A stretch of 62,120 nucleotides of DNA from positions 66,280-128,399 of the forward strand of contig CAIOYH010000068.1 in NCBI GenBank assembly GCA_903862465.1, given 5' to 3'. Each line of letters begins with the position of its first letter. Positions within the stretch are counted from its first letter, which is position 1. The notes beneath the pieces are model-generated. The model had not been told where the DNA came from, made no database searches, and was given only the letters and a program-made list of their open reading frames with translations. The DNA is from an uncultured bacterium (GTDB lineage Bacteria; Bacteroidota; Bacteroidia; Bacteroidales; CAIWKO01). This document shows positions 51,536-61,183 of this stretch, piece by piece. The position numbers and the translations under genes were made by a program.

Positions 51536-51543
51536 CAAAAGTA
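51536..51543 (-). promoter_or_regulatory. -7 promoter element of the R-M operon, possibly giving a leaderless mRNA
   Basis: TACTTTTG on the minus strand; its final G (51536) is 5 nt before the A of the endonuclease ATG (51531). Confidence 0.55.
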
Positions 51544-51819
51544 ATAAAAATATTAATTCGTTTCATTGTTTTTTTTAGTTGTCCCAAACCTTCAGAATAG
51601 TAACCACCTTTAGGTTAAACGGCAAAAACCACTTCTATTTATTGCTCCATTCTTTCTATAATTCTATATATAAACAAAATTCTTCCACAAAGATACATAT
51701 TTCTAATCACATCCTATCAACTAATTTTACGAATCAAACTAAAAATGAAATCTGTCATTAATTCAGTTTTTAAAAAGTGCTTATTTTTAAAGCGTATTAT
51801 TTTTTTGTACTAAAATGCA

Positions 51820-52380
51820 TTAATCCTTAAATTCAAAAACTAATCGAAAACGTGAATTCCCAACATCATCTTTATATAATTCTTTCTTTTCAATAAAGCT
51901 TGGCGTTAATTTACTACGAAGGTAAAATCCTAAAAAGGCAATTGTAAATGAAACGGCGATAAACAATATCCCAATTAAAAGTACAATTATGAATCTAATG
52001 GTCTCCATACCTTCCGCAGATACTAAAAGTTGTTGAATTCCAGGAAAAAGTCCATATAATCCGGCAATACATGCCCAACCATAATATCGAGCTTTATGTG
52101 TTGCTGCAAAATAAATCATGGGTGCGGTCCAAATAATTCCTACGAAACTTTGCGATAAAACTAATAATAGAATCAAAATAGAAAGTAGAACAAGAAATAG
52201 AATGTGTAAAAATTTATATTTTGTCAAAGCCCGAGCCGATGGCTGAGACTGTATAATGCTTGCAATTTTTAGTCCCCCATGAAATTCTTGATTTAGCTCT
52301 TCGTAAATTGCTTGCTTCGAAACACCAAGTTTGATTTTTTCTTGCGCTAGTTTTTTAATTTGCTTATTATCAATTGTCAT
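51820..52380 (-). CDS. Hypothetical membrane protein (about 4 TM)
   Basis: 186-aa AT-rich ORF; soluble N-terminus followed by hydrophobic segments. Confidence 0.75.
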   Translation of the reverse strand: MTIDNKQIKKLAQEKIKLGVSKQAIYEELNQEFHGGLKIASIIQSQPSARALTKYKFLHILFLVLLSILILLLVLSQSFVGIIWTAPMIYFAATHKARYYGWACIAGLYGLFPGIQQLLVSAEGMETIRFIIVLLIGILFIAVSFTIAFLGFYLRSKLTPSFIEKKELYKDDVGNSRFRLVFEFKD

Positions 52381-52587
52381 TCAATAATTATTTTTTCAAA
52401 GTTAAACAAAAATACGTGGCTAAAGTGTTATTGTCTTTTTCTAGCATTGTCTATAAGTCTTTTATTTATACTATAAGCTAACATAAAGCCATCCAATTTC
52501 ATCCCCTTTTATATCCCAACAAAATTACTTATTTTTCAATCAACTCCTATTTTATTTTACATTAAATATTTTGCATCCCCTATAAGG

Positions 52588-53145
52588 AAAATGTTAGGTA
52601 TTATAACGGCAACCATTATCGTTATAATGACTACCATTATCGTTGTAACGGCAACCATTATCGTTATAACGGCAACCATTATCGTTATAACGACTACCAT
52701 TATCGTTATAACGGCAACCATTATCGTTATAACGACTACCATTACCATTGTAACGACTACCATTGCCATTATAACGACTACCATTATCGTTATAACGACT
52801 ACCATTGCCATTATAACGACTACCATTATCGTTATAACGACTACCATTGCCATTATAACGACTACCATTAACATTATAACGACTACCATTATCGTTATAA
52901 CGACTACCATTATCGTCATAACGACTACCATTATCGTCATAACGACTACCATTATCGTTATAATGACTACCATTGCCATTATAACGACTACCATTGCCAT
53001 TATAACGACTACCATTGCCATTATAACGACTACCATTATCGTTATAACGACTACCATTGCCGTTATAACGACTATCATTAAAATTATAACGCCTAACATC
53101 ATCGTTGTAACGACAATGCTAGGCGTTGTAATTCCTAAATATTTT
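52588..53145. repeat. Tandem array A5: 22 core + 4 degenerate units of 21 bp, consensus ACCATTATCGTTATAACGACT, with inverted termini
   Basis: ACCATT every 21 bp from 52612 to 53053; palindrome CGTTATAACG in the main variant; ends AAAATGTTAGGTATTATAACG (52588) and CGTTGTAATTCCTAAATATTTT (53124) are near-inverted copies. Confidence 0.98.
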
Positions 53146-53175
53146 TTTTAAATTTAAACCGTAGGAAGGTTTTGT

Positions 53176-53946
53176 TTACAGTACAACAAAATAAATCCAG
53201 TCGCCAAAGTTGTAGTTAGAAGAATCTATACCATCGGCAACTTGAAAGATGCGTTTATGCGTTTTGGTGCTTGCCGAACGTGTTGCGGGTTCTTCCACAT
53301 TGGTGACAATAGTGCCGCCACCTGCTTTGCGGGGAATGGTCAGGATACTTGCTTCGCGCATGCCGTAAATGCCTCCCACCTTTAAACCGCATAGCACAAA
53401 TTCGGTTTCCAAGCCAAAAAGAGGTTCCATCCAGATTTCGGGTGGAACACCTTTTTCAGTAGTCAAACCATATTGGCGAATATAGCCTGCACGAAGGTCC
53501 ACTGCTTTTGTGCTAACCCAAACTTCGCCATTGCCCAAAGGATAGGCGTCGAATATTTTATTGGTAGCGCTTTTTGGTGATTTCAGATAATAGCCGGCAA
53601 TCTTAACCATATTAATGCCCAAATTGATATCTCCCGTTGCAATTGCTTTTGCACGGGCAGCAGTTTGAATAAAAAATGCATTGGCATTGTAGCCCGTGCA
53701 CAATAGATTCATCTTTGAATTTACCAATTCTTTGGTGGATGTTGGTGGAATCATCTTGAATTTGTTATGTTCGGTATTCGTGTTGGTGCCCAACAGATGC
53801 ATGTCTGTATCATCGTGGGGAATGTCTGCCAACTCTGTTATACCGGTAGTGTTTTGGCGCGCTGCCTTCGCCACATTTTCTTCAACCGGGTCTTTGGGAT
53901 TTGCCAAAAGAACAACAATTGAATTTGCTGATTTTAATTCTGTCAT
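53176..53946 (-). CDS. Hypothetical protein H3 (helical N-domain + fibronectin type III-like C-domain)
   Basis: 256-aa ORF; helical N-half ending GDINLGINMVKIAGYYLK, then beta-strands (GEVWV...YIRQY...W...FVLCGLKVGGIYGMR) with an Fn3-like pattern; -7 element TACATTTG at 54026-54019. Confidence 0.8.
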   Translation of the reverse strand: MTELKSANSIVVLLANPKDPVEENVAKAARQNTTGITELADIPHDDTDMHLLGTNTNTEHNKFKMIPPTSTKELVNSKMNLLCTGYNANAFFIQTAARAKAIATGDINLGINMVKIAGYYLKSPKSATNKIFDAYPLGNGEVWVSTKAVDLRAGYIRQYGLTTEKGVPPEIWMEPLFGLETEFVLCGLKVGGIYGMREASILTIPRKAGGGTIVTNVEEPATRSASTKTHKRIFQVADGIDSSNYNFGDWIYFVVL

Positions 53947-54420
53947 AATTGTACGTTTTTAAGGTTTAAAAAATTTGATTTAACTTTATTATTGATTTTA
54001 ATATTGATTATAGATATACAAATGTAATACAAAAAAGAATTTTGCGTAGGATTATTCCTATAAGTTATGAACACATTTTCAACCATAATGTGTATTTATA
54101 AAATAAAGTAAATCAATAAAATATTTCATATCACTACCTAAACAACTGACCAGATGCCTTATTTTTATAGTTATATCTGAAAAGAAAAAAGAAAAAAAAC
54201 ATTCCAAAAAAGACATAAAATGATTTTTTGCAGTAATAAATACCAATATAAAATGAGAATGAATGTAGTGAAAAAAAGATGGCTGCGGACCCTATAATTC
54301 ATAAAAAATGTGTACTTTCGTGTCAAATTTAAAAACAAAAGAAAGAGCAAGCGTAGTGGGATAGGAATTTCGCCTTATGTCCTACATCTATCTCAATCAA
54401 AGCATCCTAAAAACCAAGAA

Positions 54421-55329
54421 ATGAAACTGAAAACCTTAGTGACGCGCCAAGCCAACGATATCGCTTTTATCGTGGGCAACGGCATCAATAGATATCCCAA
54501 CAATCCTGCCGCCATTTCTTGGGATGATTTGCTTATCAATTTGTGGGATAAGTTTTCGTTTCGAACCATATCGGAGGTGCCAACAGGGATTTCGGTTACG
54601 GAGTTCTACGATTTGCTCGACATTGAAAGCACCAACAGCTTTGCCACCACGATGAATATTCAAAAAGAGGCGTGCAAGCTGCTTGAAACGTGGTCGGACA
54701 AACCCCATCATAAAATATTCTTAGAGAAAGCGCGCAGCATCAACGCCCCCGTGTTGACCACCAATTTCGATATGATATTACCCACTGCCCTCAATCTAAA
54801 GCAGTTTTATACCGACAGCAATGGCACGTTTACGGATTACTATCCGTGGACCACCTATTTTGGCGACCGCCAACTGTCCTCGCCCACCGATGGTTTTGGG
54901 GTTTGGTTCATCAATGGCTTCCTGAAATATCACCGCAGCATTCGCTTGGGACTTTCGCATTATATGGGTTCGGTGGAGAAAGCCCGAGGCTATCTGCACA
55001 AAGGTGACGAAACGCGGCTGTTTAGTGGCAAAGATGTTGAAAATTGGAAAGGAAACAACACGTGGTTGCATATTATTTTCAACAAATCCATTTGCATCTT
55101 CGGGCTTGGCTTGGAGGAAAACGAGGTGTTTTTGCGTTGGCTGTTGATTGAAAGGGCGAAATACTTTAGGAAATTTCCCGACCACAAGAAGAAAGGTTGG
55201 TATGTGACCAACAAACCGCGTAAGCCTGACGAGAAATATAAAGGCAAAAAATATTTCTTCGAAGGATTGGGCTTCGAAATTATTGAAACCGACGACTACG
55301 ACAGCATCTATAAAGCCCCTTGGGAATAA
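54421..55329 (+). CDS. SIR2-like (SIR2_2-type) domain protein, candidate anti-phage effector
   Basis: FIVGNGIN...ISWDDLL, VLTTNFD and IFGLGL motifs follow the sirtuin-fold order; ATG 54421 preferred. Confidence 0.65.
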   Translation: MKLKTLVTRQANDIAFIVGNGINRYPNNPAAISWDDLLINLWDKFSFRTISEVPTGISVTEFYDLLDIESTNSFATTMNIQKEACKLLETWSDKPHHKIFLEKARSINAPVLTTNFDMILPTALNLKQFYTDSNGTFTDYYPWTTYFGDRQLSSPTDGFGVWFINGFLKYHRSIRLGLSHYMGSVEKARGYLHKGDETRLFSGKDVENWKGNNTWLHIIFNKSICIFGLGLEENEVFLRWLLIERAKYFRKFPDHKKKGWYVTNKPRKPDEKYKGKKYFFEGLGFEIIETDDYDSIYKAPWE

Positions 55330-55551
55330 GCGGAAGGGCGCATCGAATTGATTCTGAATAGCGCTGCTCATAATGCTTATTATTTCTGTGGATAAAAAAC
55401 CCTAGTAAAAACACTTTCTTTTTTACTGTGGAAGAGGTTTATGTGCCTCAAAAAAATGTTTATAAAAAAAATATTTTTCATATTTTGCACCGCATATTGA
55501 AATAATATATAATTTTACTTTTTATTTCAAACAACGTTAATTCCTAGTAAA

Positions 55552-58500
55552 ATGGACAAGAAAAAATTGATTTTCACATCCCTAATCGGATTTTTTGTGA
55601 TTCTGACCATCGTGTTAATCGTCAGAACCAAATCGCAAGCTATTATAAAAGTTAATCCAGCCTTCCGCGAATATGTTTCGGCATTCACTTCGGGGGTGAT
55701 TTCTACGGAATCCACCATCAAAGTGCGCCTCAATTTCGATATGGCTGACTCTTCGAAATTCGAGAAAGAAATCGAAGAAAATTTGTTTAGTTTCTCGCCC
55801 AGCATCAGCGGAAAAGCCTATTGGATAGATACCCGCACGGTGGAGTTCCGACCCGACAAACGCTTGGAAGCCGACGAACTCTTCACGGCGAAATTTTTTC
55901 TATATAAATTGATGAAGGTGCCCGACAGCATGAAGACCTTTGTGTTTCAGTTTCACACGGCGAAGCAAGCCCTCGAGGTGAGTGTGGACAATCACAAAGC
56001 CTATAACCATAAGAACCTTCAATGGGAAAAGATTACGGGCACTTTGGTCACAGCCGATGCCGCCGAAATTGCGGATGTGCAAGAATTGTTGCAAGCGAGC
56101 CAAGGCGACAAAAAGCTGAAAGTGAAAGTGACCGCAGGGAGCGACAAAAAGTCATTTTCTTATACCATAGATAGTGTGAAGCGTGGCGATAAAGAATCCA
56201 CAGTAGAAATATCGTATGATGGCAAGCCCATAGAATCGAAAAGTAAAGGCAGTGTCACGGTGGATATCCCGTCAATCAATGATTTCAAATTACTGAAGAT
56301 ACAAACCATCCAATCGCCCGAACAGTTTATCAAACTGCAGTTCTCCGACCCTTTGTATGAAGAACAAGACCTCACGGGCATCATCACCATGGCAAAAACC
56401 AAGGATTTGAAATTTGTTGTCGAGGATAATATCATCCGCGTTTACGCCCCGCTTGCCTTGGGCGGCAGCGATATGATTACGATAGATAAATCGGTGAAAA
56501 ATGTCAATTGCAAAGAGTTGGGCAAGATAATGGTTGACACGGTTACGTTTGATGATATCAAACCGAACATCCGTTTGTTAGGAGAAGGAACGATACTGCC
56601 GAGCACCAATGGGTTGATATTTCCGTTTGAAGCGGTGAACGTGAACACGGTGGATGTAAAGATTTTTAAGATTTACGAAAGCAATGTGGCGCAATTTCTT
56701 CAAGTGAATAATTTGGAAGGCGAACGCGAGCTGAGCCGCGTGGGCAAATTGATAGTGAAGAAGTCCATTCCATTGCAATCTACCAAATCGGAAGTGTTGA
56801 ATTATGGCAATTGGAATCGCTATTATATTGACCTTGCCGATCTGATTAAAGCCGAGCAGGGTGCCATCTATAAGGTAACATTAAGCATCCGAAAAGCCTA
56901 TTCCACCTACGGAAGTTGCGCCGAAAAGGAAGGCTCGGAAAAAGTGGATGAAAACATGACCGCTTCTTGGGACGAAAGCGTGGAAGCAGAACCCGAGAAT
57001 TGGTATTATTACGATTACAATGGCGATTATTATGATGATGAAGGCGATTACTATGATTATGATTGGTATCAACGCGACGACCCTTGCGAAGAATCCTATT
57101 TCAACAACAAGACCGTTAGCAGAAATATCTTGGCTAGCGACATTGGCATCATTGCCAAAGTGGGCACCACGGGCGAGTTGAACATATTCACCACGAATTT
57201 AGTTACTGCCAAACCCATGTCGAATGTGTCTATCACCGTGCTCGACTATCAAAGCAAAGAACTCAACAAAGTGGAAACCGATGCCGATGGCAAAGTAGTC
57301 ATACAGTTGAAGAAAGTGCCTTTTCTGATTGTTGCCAAAAAGGGTGAACAACGCGCCTATCTGAAACTCGTTGGCGGTTCTTCTTTATCTTTAAGTATGT
57401 TTGATGTGGGGGGAGAAGCCGTGCGCAAAGGCATCAAGGGCTTCTTATATGGCGAAAGGGGCGTGTGGCGTCCGGGCGACTCTATCTATCTCACTTTTAT
57501 TTTGGAAGATAAACTACATAAGCTTTCGCCCGAAACGCCTGTGATTTTCGACTTGACGAATCCCCGTGGACAGAAGGTGCAACATATCGTGAAGACCACG
57601 TCCGTAAATGGCTTTTATGATTTCCGCACTGCCACCGACCCGAGTGCTTTGACAGGCTATTGGACTGCCAATGTTCGCGTAGGAGGTTCCGATTTCAGCA
57701 AATCATTGAAGATAGAAACCGTTAAGCCCAACCGTTTGAAGATAAAGTTAGATTTCACCTCGGAGAAAATCACCAAAGAAACCAAGGGCGTGTTAGAATC
57801 CAAATGGTTGCATGGTGCCATTGCTAAGAATCTTAAAGCCGATATATCCATGGTACTGAATCGCACGACAACGGCTTTCGAGAAGTATTCAACCTATGTA
57901 TTTGACGATCCTTCGAAGAAGTTCTATGCTGAAACCTATAAGATTTTTGATGGCAAACTCGACGATCAAGGCAAAGCCGATATCTTCCCCGACATCAGCA
58001 TTGACAACACTGCTCCGGGTGTGCTTCGTGCTAACTTCGAAGCCCGCGTGTTTGAGCAAGGTGGCGACTTTAGTGTGGATCAGTTTTCATTCCTTTATTA
58101 TCCTTTCAAGAGTTATGTGGGTGTCTATATTCCCGAAGGAGATAAGAATTCGCGCATGCTTTATACCGATAAAGACTATACAATGAAATACGTGAACCTT
58201 GATATGAAAGGCAGTCCGATTTCATCCAACAAAGTGAAGGTGGATATCTACAAAGTAGGATGGCGTTGGTGGTGGGACAACTCAGGCAATGATGTGGCTG
58301 ATTTCGTTCGTAGCGTGTATAACGAACCGTATAAATCGTATGAACTCACCGTTGCCCAAGGCAAGGGACAGTTTATCGTGAACATTCCCGATGGCGATTG
58401 GGGACGTTATTTTATTCGCATCACCGATAAAGAAAGCGGACACAGCACGGGCAAGATCGTCTATTTCGATTGGCCCGGATGGGCATCTCGTTCCAGCGAA

Positions 58501-61161
58501 GGCAAGGAAGGTGCTGCCATGCTGATGTTCTCTGCTGATAAAGATAAATATAAAGTCGGTGATGAGGTGAAACTCACCATCCCCACTAGCGAAGGCGCTC
58601 GGGCATTGATAACCTTAGAAACAGGCTCCAAAGTATTAAAATCCTATTGGGTGAATACCGAAAAAGATCAAACGATATTCTCATTCACTGTGACTGAAGA
58701 GATGGCTCCCAACATCTATGTGGGCGTAACCTTGATACAACCCCACGGACAAACCGCCAACGATTTGCCTATCCGTCTCTATGGCATCATCCCCATATTG
58801 GTGGAAGACCCCAACACCCATTTGCGACCTGTAATTAAAATGCCTGATGTGTTGCGACCCGAAGAAAACGCAAGCATCACCATCAAAGAAGAAACAGGCA
58901 AAGCGATGACCTACACCGTAGCCGTGGTTGACGAAGGCTTGTTGGATTTAACCAAATATAAAACGCCCGACCCATGGAACTATTTCTACGCACGGGAAGC
59001 GCTCGGCGTGAAATCATGGGATTTATACGATTATGTGATGGGCGCTTATGGCGGTCAGTTAGAACGCATCCTCAGCATTGGCGGGGGCGATGATGGCGGC
59101 AGCGGCGAAGGCAAGAAAAACGCCAACCGTTTCAAACCTATGGTGAAGTTCTTTGGTCCGTTTGCTTTGGGTAAAGGCGCGTCCAACACCTACAACTTCA
59201 AAATGCCGCAATACATCGGCTCCGTCCGCGTGATGGTGATTGCAGGACAGGATGGCGCCTATGGTTCCGCAGAGAAAACCGTTGCCGTACGCAAGCCATT
59301 GATGTTGCTTGCCACCCTGCCTCGCGTAGTGGGTCCCGGCGAAACGGTATCTTTGCCTGTGAGTGTGTTTGCTATGGAAAAATATGTCAAGAACGTAAGC
59401 GTGAAGGTTACCACCAACGATATGTTTACTATCATGGATAAAAACAGCAAGGCAATAACCTTTAGTGAAATAGGCGACGAATTGGTCACCTTCCAACTGA
59501 AAGTGAAAGATGCTATGGGTGTAGGTAAAGTGCGTGTTACTGCCGTTAGTGGAAAAGAAACCGCTGCTTTCGATATCGAAATTGATGTGCGCAACCCCAA
59601 TCCCGAAGTCACCGAAGTGCTGTCAGAGATAGTGAAAACGGGACAATCATGGAACACCAACTTCACTCCCGTGGGTATAGCAGGTACCAACAAATGCGTG
59701 ATAGAAGTGTCGGGCATTCCTCCTATCAACCTCGAGAAACGCTTGAAATATTTGGTGCATTATCCCTATGGATGTATAGAACAAACCACCTCCTCGGTGT
59801 TTCCGCAGTTGTATCTTTCCGATTTGATGGATGTGGATGAGGTGATGAAAAACACTATCGAACGCAACATCAAGGCAGGTATCAATCGCATCAACTCCTT
59901 CCAAACGTCCTCGGGCGGCTTTTCTTATTGGCCCGGCTCTTACGAAGCGGACGAATGGGGCACATGTTATGCCGGACAATTTCTGTTAGAAGCTAAAGAA
60001 AAAGGCTATACGGTTTCGTCTGTCATGCTGAAGAAATGGGAGAAATATCAGAAACGGAAATCTTTGGAGTGGACGTCTTCTTATACGAAATATTATTACA
60101 ACTATGATTTGGTGCAAGCCTATCGCCTTTACACCCTCGCGCTAGCAAAATCGCCCGAACTCGGTGCCATGAATCTCTTGAAGGAACAAAAGAACCTGTC
60201 GGCGCAAACCAAATGGCGTTTGGCTGCAGCGTATCAATTGGCAGGGCAAAGCGATGTGGCGAAACAACTCATTGCGGGAGCCTCCACCTATATCAAACCC
60301 TACAAAGAGATGGCATTCACCTACGGCAGCGACGAACGCGACCGTGCCATGATCGTAGAAGCATTAACCTTGCTCGACCAACGCACCAAAGCAGCGCCCA
60401 TCGTCAAACAAATATCCGAACGACTGAGCAAAGACCAATGGATGAACACCCAATCAACCGCCTACTGTTTGATGGCGATATCGAAATTTGTGAAAGCCAC
60501 CAGCGGCAACGGCAGCATAGATATTTCCTATTCGGTGAACAACGGCACCCTGATACAAAAGAAATCCGACAGACCTGTTTGCACCATTGATTTGGGCATC
60601 AAAAACCCTATACAAAAAGCAAAGCTTAAGATCAAGAACAACGGCAAAGGGCTGTTGTATGCTCGCCTCATCATGACAGGCATCCCCGCAGCAGGCGACG
60701 AAAAAGCTACGGACAACAATCTCAAGATTGAAGTGCTCTACAAAACCCTCAAGGGAGATAAGATTGACCCCGTGAAGTTGGAGCAAGGCACCGACCTCAT
60801 CGCCGAGGTGACCATCACCAACCCGGGCTTGATGGGATTCTATTATAACATGGCGCTGTCGCATATTTTCCCTTCGGGATGGGAAATCCACAACACCCGC
60901 ATGGACAATTCGTATGGAACGCTCACCATGTCCTCTTACGACTATCAGGACTTCCGCGACGACCGCGTTTATACTTTCTTCAGCATAGGCACCAACGAAA
61001 AAAGAACCTACAAAGTGCTGCTCAACGCTAGCTACCTCGGGCGTTTCTATCTGCCAACGGTTAGCTGCGACGCCATGTATGACGATGGCATCTATGCCCG
61101 CACCAAAGGGATGTGGGTAGAAGTAGTGCCGTTTGCCGATAAGGCGACCGCGAAGAAGTAG
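55552..61161 (+). CDS. Bacterial alpha-2-macroglobulin (MG2/YfhM-like)
   Basis: N-terminal TM anchor; YGERGVWRPGD; thioester motif YPYGCIEQTTS; DFRDDRV; 1869 aa. Confidence 0.96.
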   Translation: MDKKKLIFTSLIGFFVILTIVLIVRTKSQAIIKVNPAFREYVSAFTSGVISTESTIKVRLNFDMADSSKFEKEIEENLFSFSPSISGKAYWIDTRTVEFRPDKRLEADELFTAKFFLYKLMKVPDSMKTFVFQFHTAKQALEVSVDNHKAYNHKNLQWEKITGTLVTADAAEIADVQELLQASQGDKKLKVKVTAGSDKKSFSYTIDSVKRGDKESTVEISYDGKPIESKSKGSVTVDIPSINDFKLLKIQTIQSPEQFIKLQFSDPLYEEQDLTGIITMAKTKDLKFVVEDNIIRVYAPLALGGSDMITIDKSVKNVNCKELGKIMVDTVTFDDIKPNIRLLGEGTILPSTNGLIFPFEAVNVNTVDVKIFKIYESNVAQFLQVNNLEGERELSRVGKLIVKKSIPLQSTKSEVLNYGNWNRYYIDLADLIKAEQGAIYKVTLSIRKAYSTYGSCAEKEGSEKVDENMTASWDESVEAEPENWYYYDYNGDYYDDEGDYYDYDWYQRDDPCEESYFNNKTVSRNILASDIGIIAKVGTTGELNIFTTNLVTAKPMSNVSITVLDYQSKELNKVETDADGKVVIQLKKVPFLIVAKKGEQRAYLKLVGGSSLSLSMFDVGGEAVRKGIKGFLYGERGVWRPGDSIYLTFILEDKLHKLSPETPVIFDLTNPRGQKVQHIVKTTSVNGFYDFRTATDPSALTGYWTANVRVGGSDFSKSLKIETVKPNRLKIKLDFTSEKITKETKGVLESKWLHGAIAKNLKADISMVLNRTTTAFEKYSTYVFDDPSKKFYAETYKIFDGKLDDQGKADIFPDISIDNTAPGVLRANFEARVFEQGGDFSVDQFSFLYYPFKSYVGVYIPEGDKNSRMLYTDKDYTMKYVNLDMKGSPISSNKVKVDIYKVGWRWWWDNSGNDVADFVRSVYNEPYKSYELTVAQGKGQFIVNIPDGDWGRYFIRITDKESGHSTGKIVYFDWPGWASRSSEGKEGAAMLMFSADKDKYKVGDEVKLTIPTSEGARALITLETGSKVLKSYWVNTEKDQTIFSFTVTEEMAPNIYVGVTLIQPHGQTANDLPIRLYGIIPILVEDPNTHLRPVIKMPDVLRPEENASITIKEETGKAMTYTVAVVDEGLLDLTKYKTPDPWNYFYAREALGVKSWDLYDYVMGAYGGQLERILSIGGGDDGGSGEGKKNANRFKPMVKFFGPFALGKGASNTYNFKMPQYIGSVRVMVIAGQDGAYGSAEKTVAVRKPLMLLATLPRVVGPGETVSLPVSVFAMEKYVKNVSVKVTTNDMFTIMDKNSKAITFSEIGDELVTFQLKVKDAMGVGKVRVTAVSGKETAAFDIEIDVRNPNPEVTEVLSEIVKTGQSWNTNFTPVGIAGTNKCVIEVSGIPPINLEKRLKYLVHYPYGCIEQTTSSVFPQLYLSDLMDVDEVMKNTIERNIKAGINRINSFQTSSGGFSYWPGSYEADEWGTCYAGQFLLEAKEKGYTVSSVMLKKWEKYQKRKSLEWTSSYTKYYYNYDLVQAYRLYTLALAKSPELGAMNLLKEQKNLSAQTKWRLAAAYQLAGQSDVAKQLIAGASTYIKPYKEMAFTYGSDERDRAMIVEALTLLDQRTKAAPIVKQISERLSKDQWMNTQSTAYCLMAISKFVKATSGNGSIDISYSVNNGTLIQKKSDRPVCTIDLGIKNPIQKAKLKIKNNGKGLLYARLIMTGIPAAGDEKATDNNLKIEVLYKTLKGDKIDPVKLEQGTDLIAEVTITNPGLMGFYYNMALSHIFPSGWEIHNTRMDNSYGTLTMSSYDYQDFRDDRVYTFFSIGTNEKRTYKVLLNASYLGRFYLPTVSCDAMYDDGIYARTKGMWVEVVPFADKATAKK

Positions 61162-61183
61162 CGGAGGTGTGGATGAATAATAT

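Noticed and set aside
343-53145. Arrays as TIGR-type guide arrays or DGR/retron components
   Set aside because: Units lack distinct variable spacers, and no Nop-domain protein or reverse transcriptase is recognisable in the window.
55387-55395. Perfect canonical DnaA box TGTGGATAA
   Set aside because: A single 9-mer is expected by chance and is not clustered.
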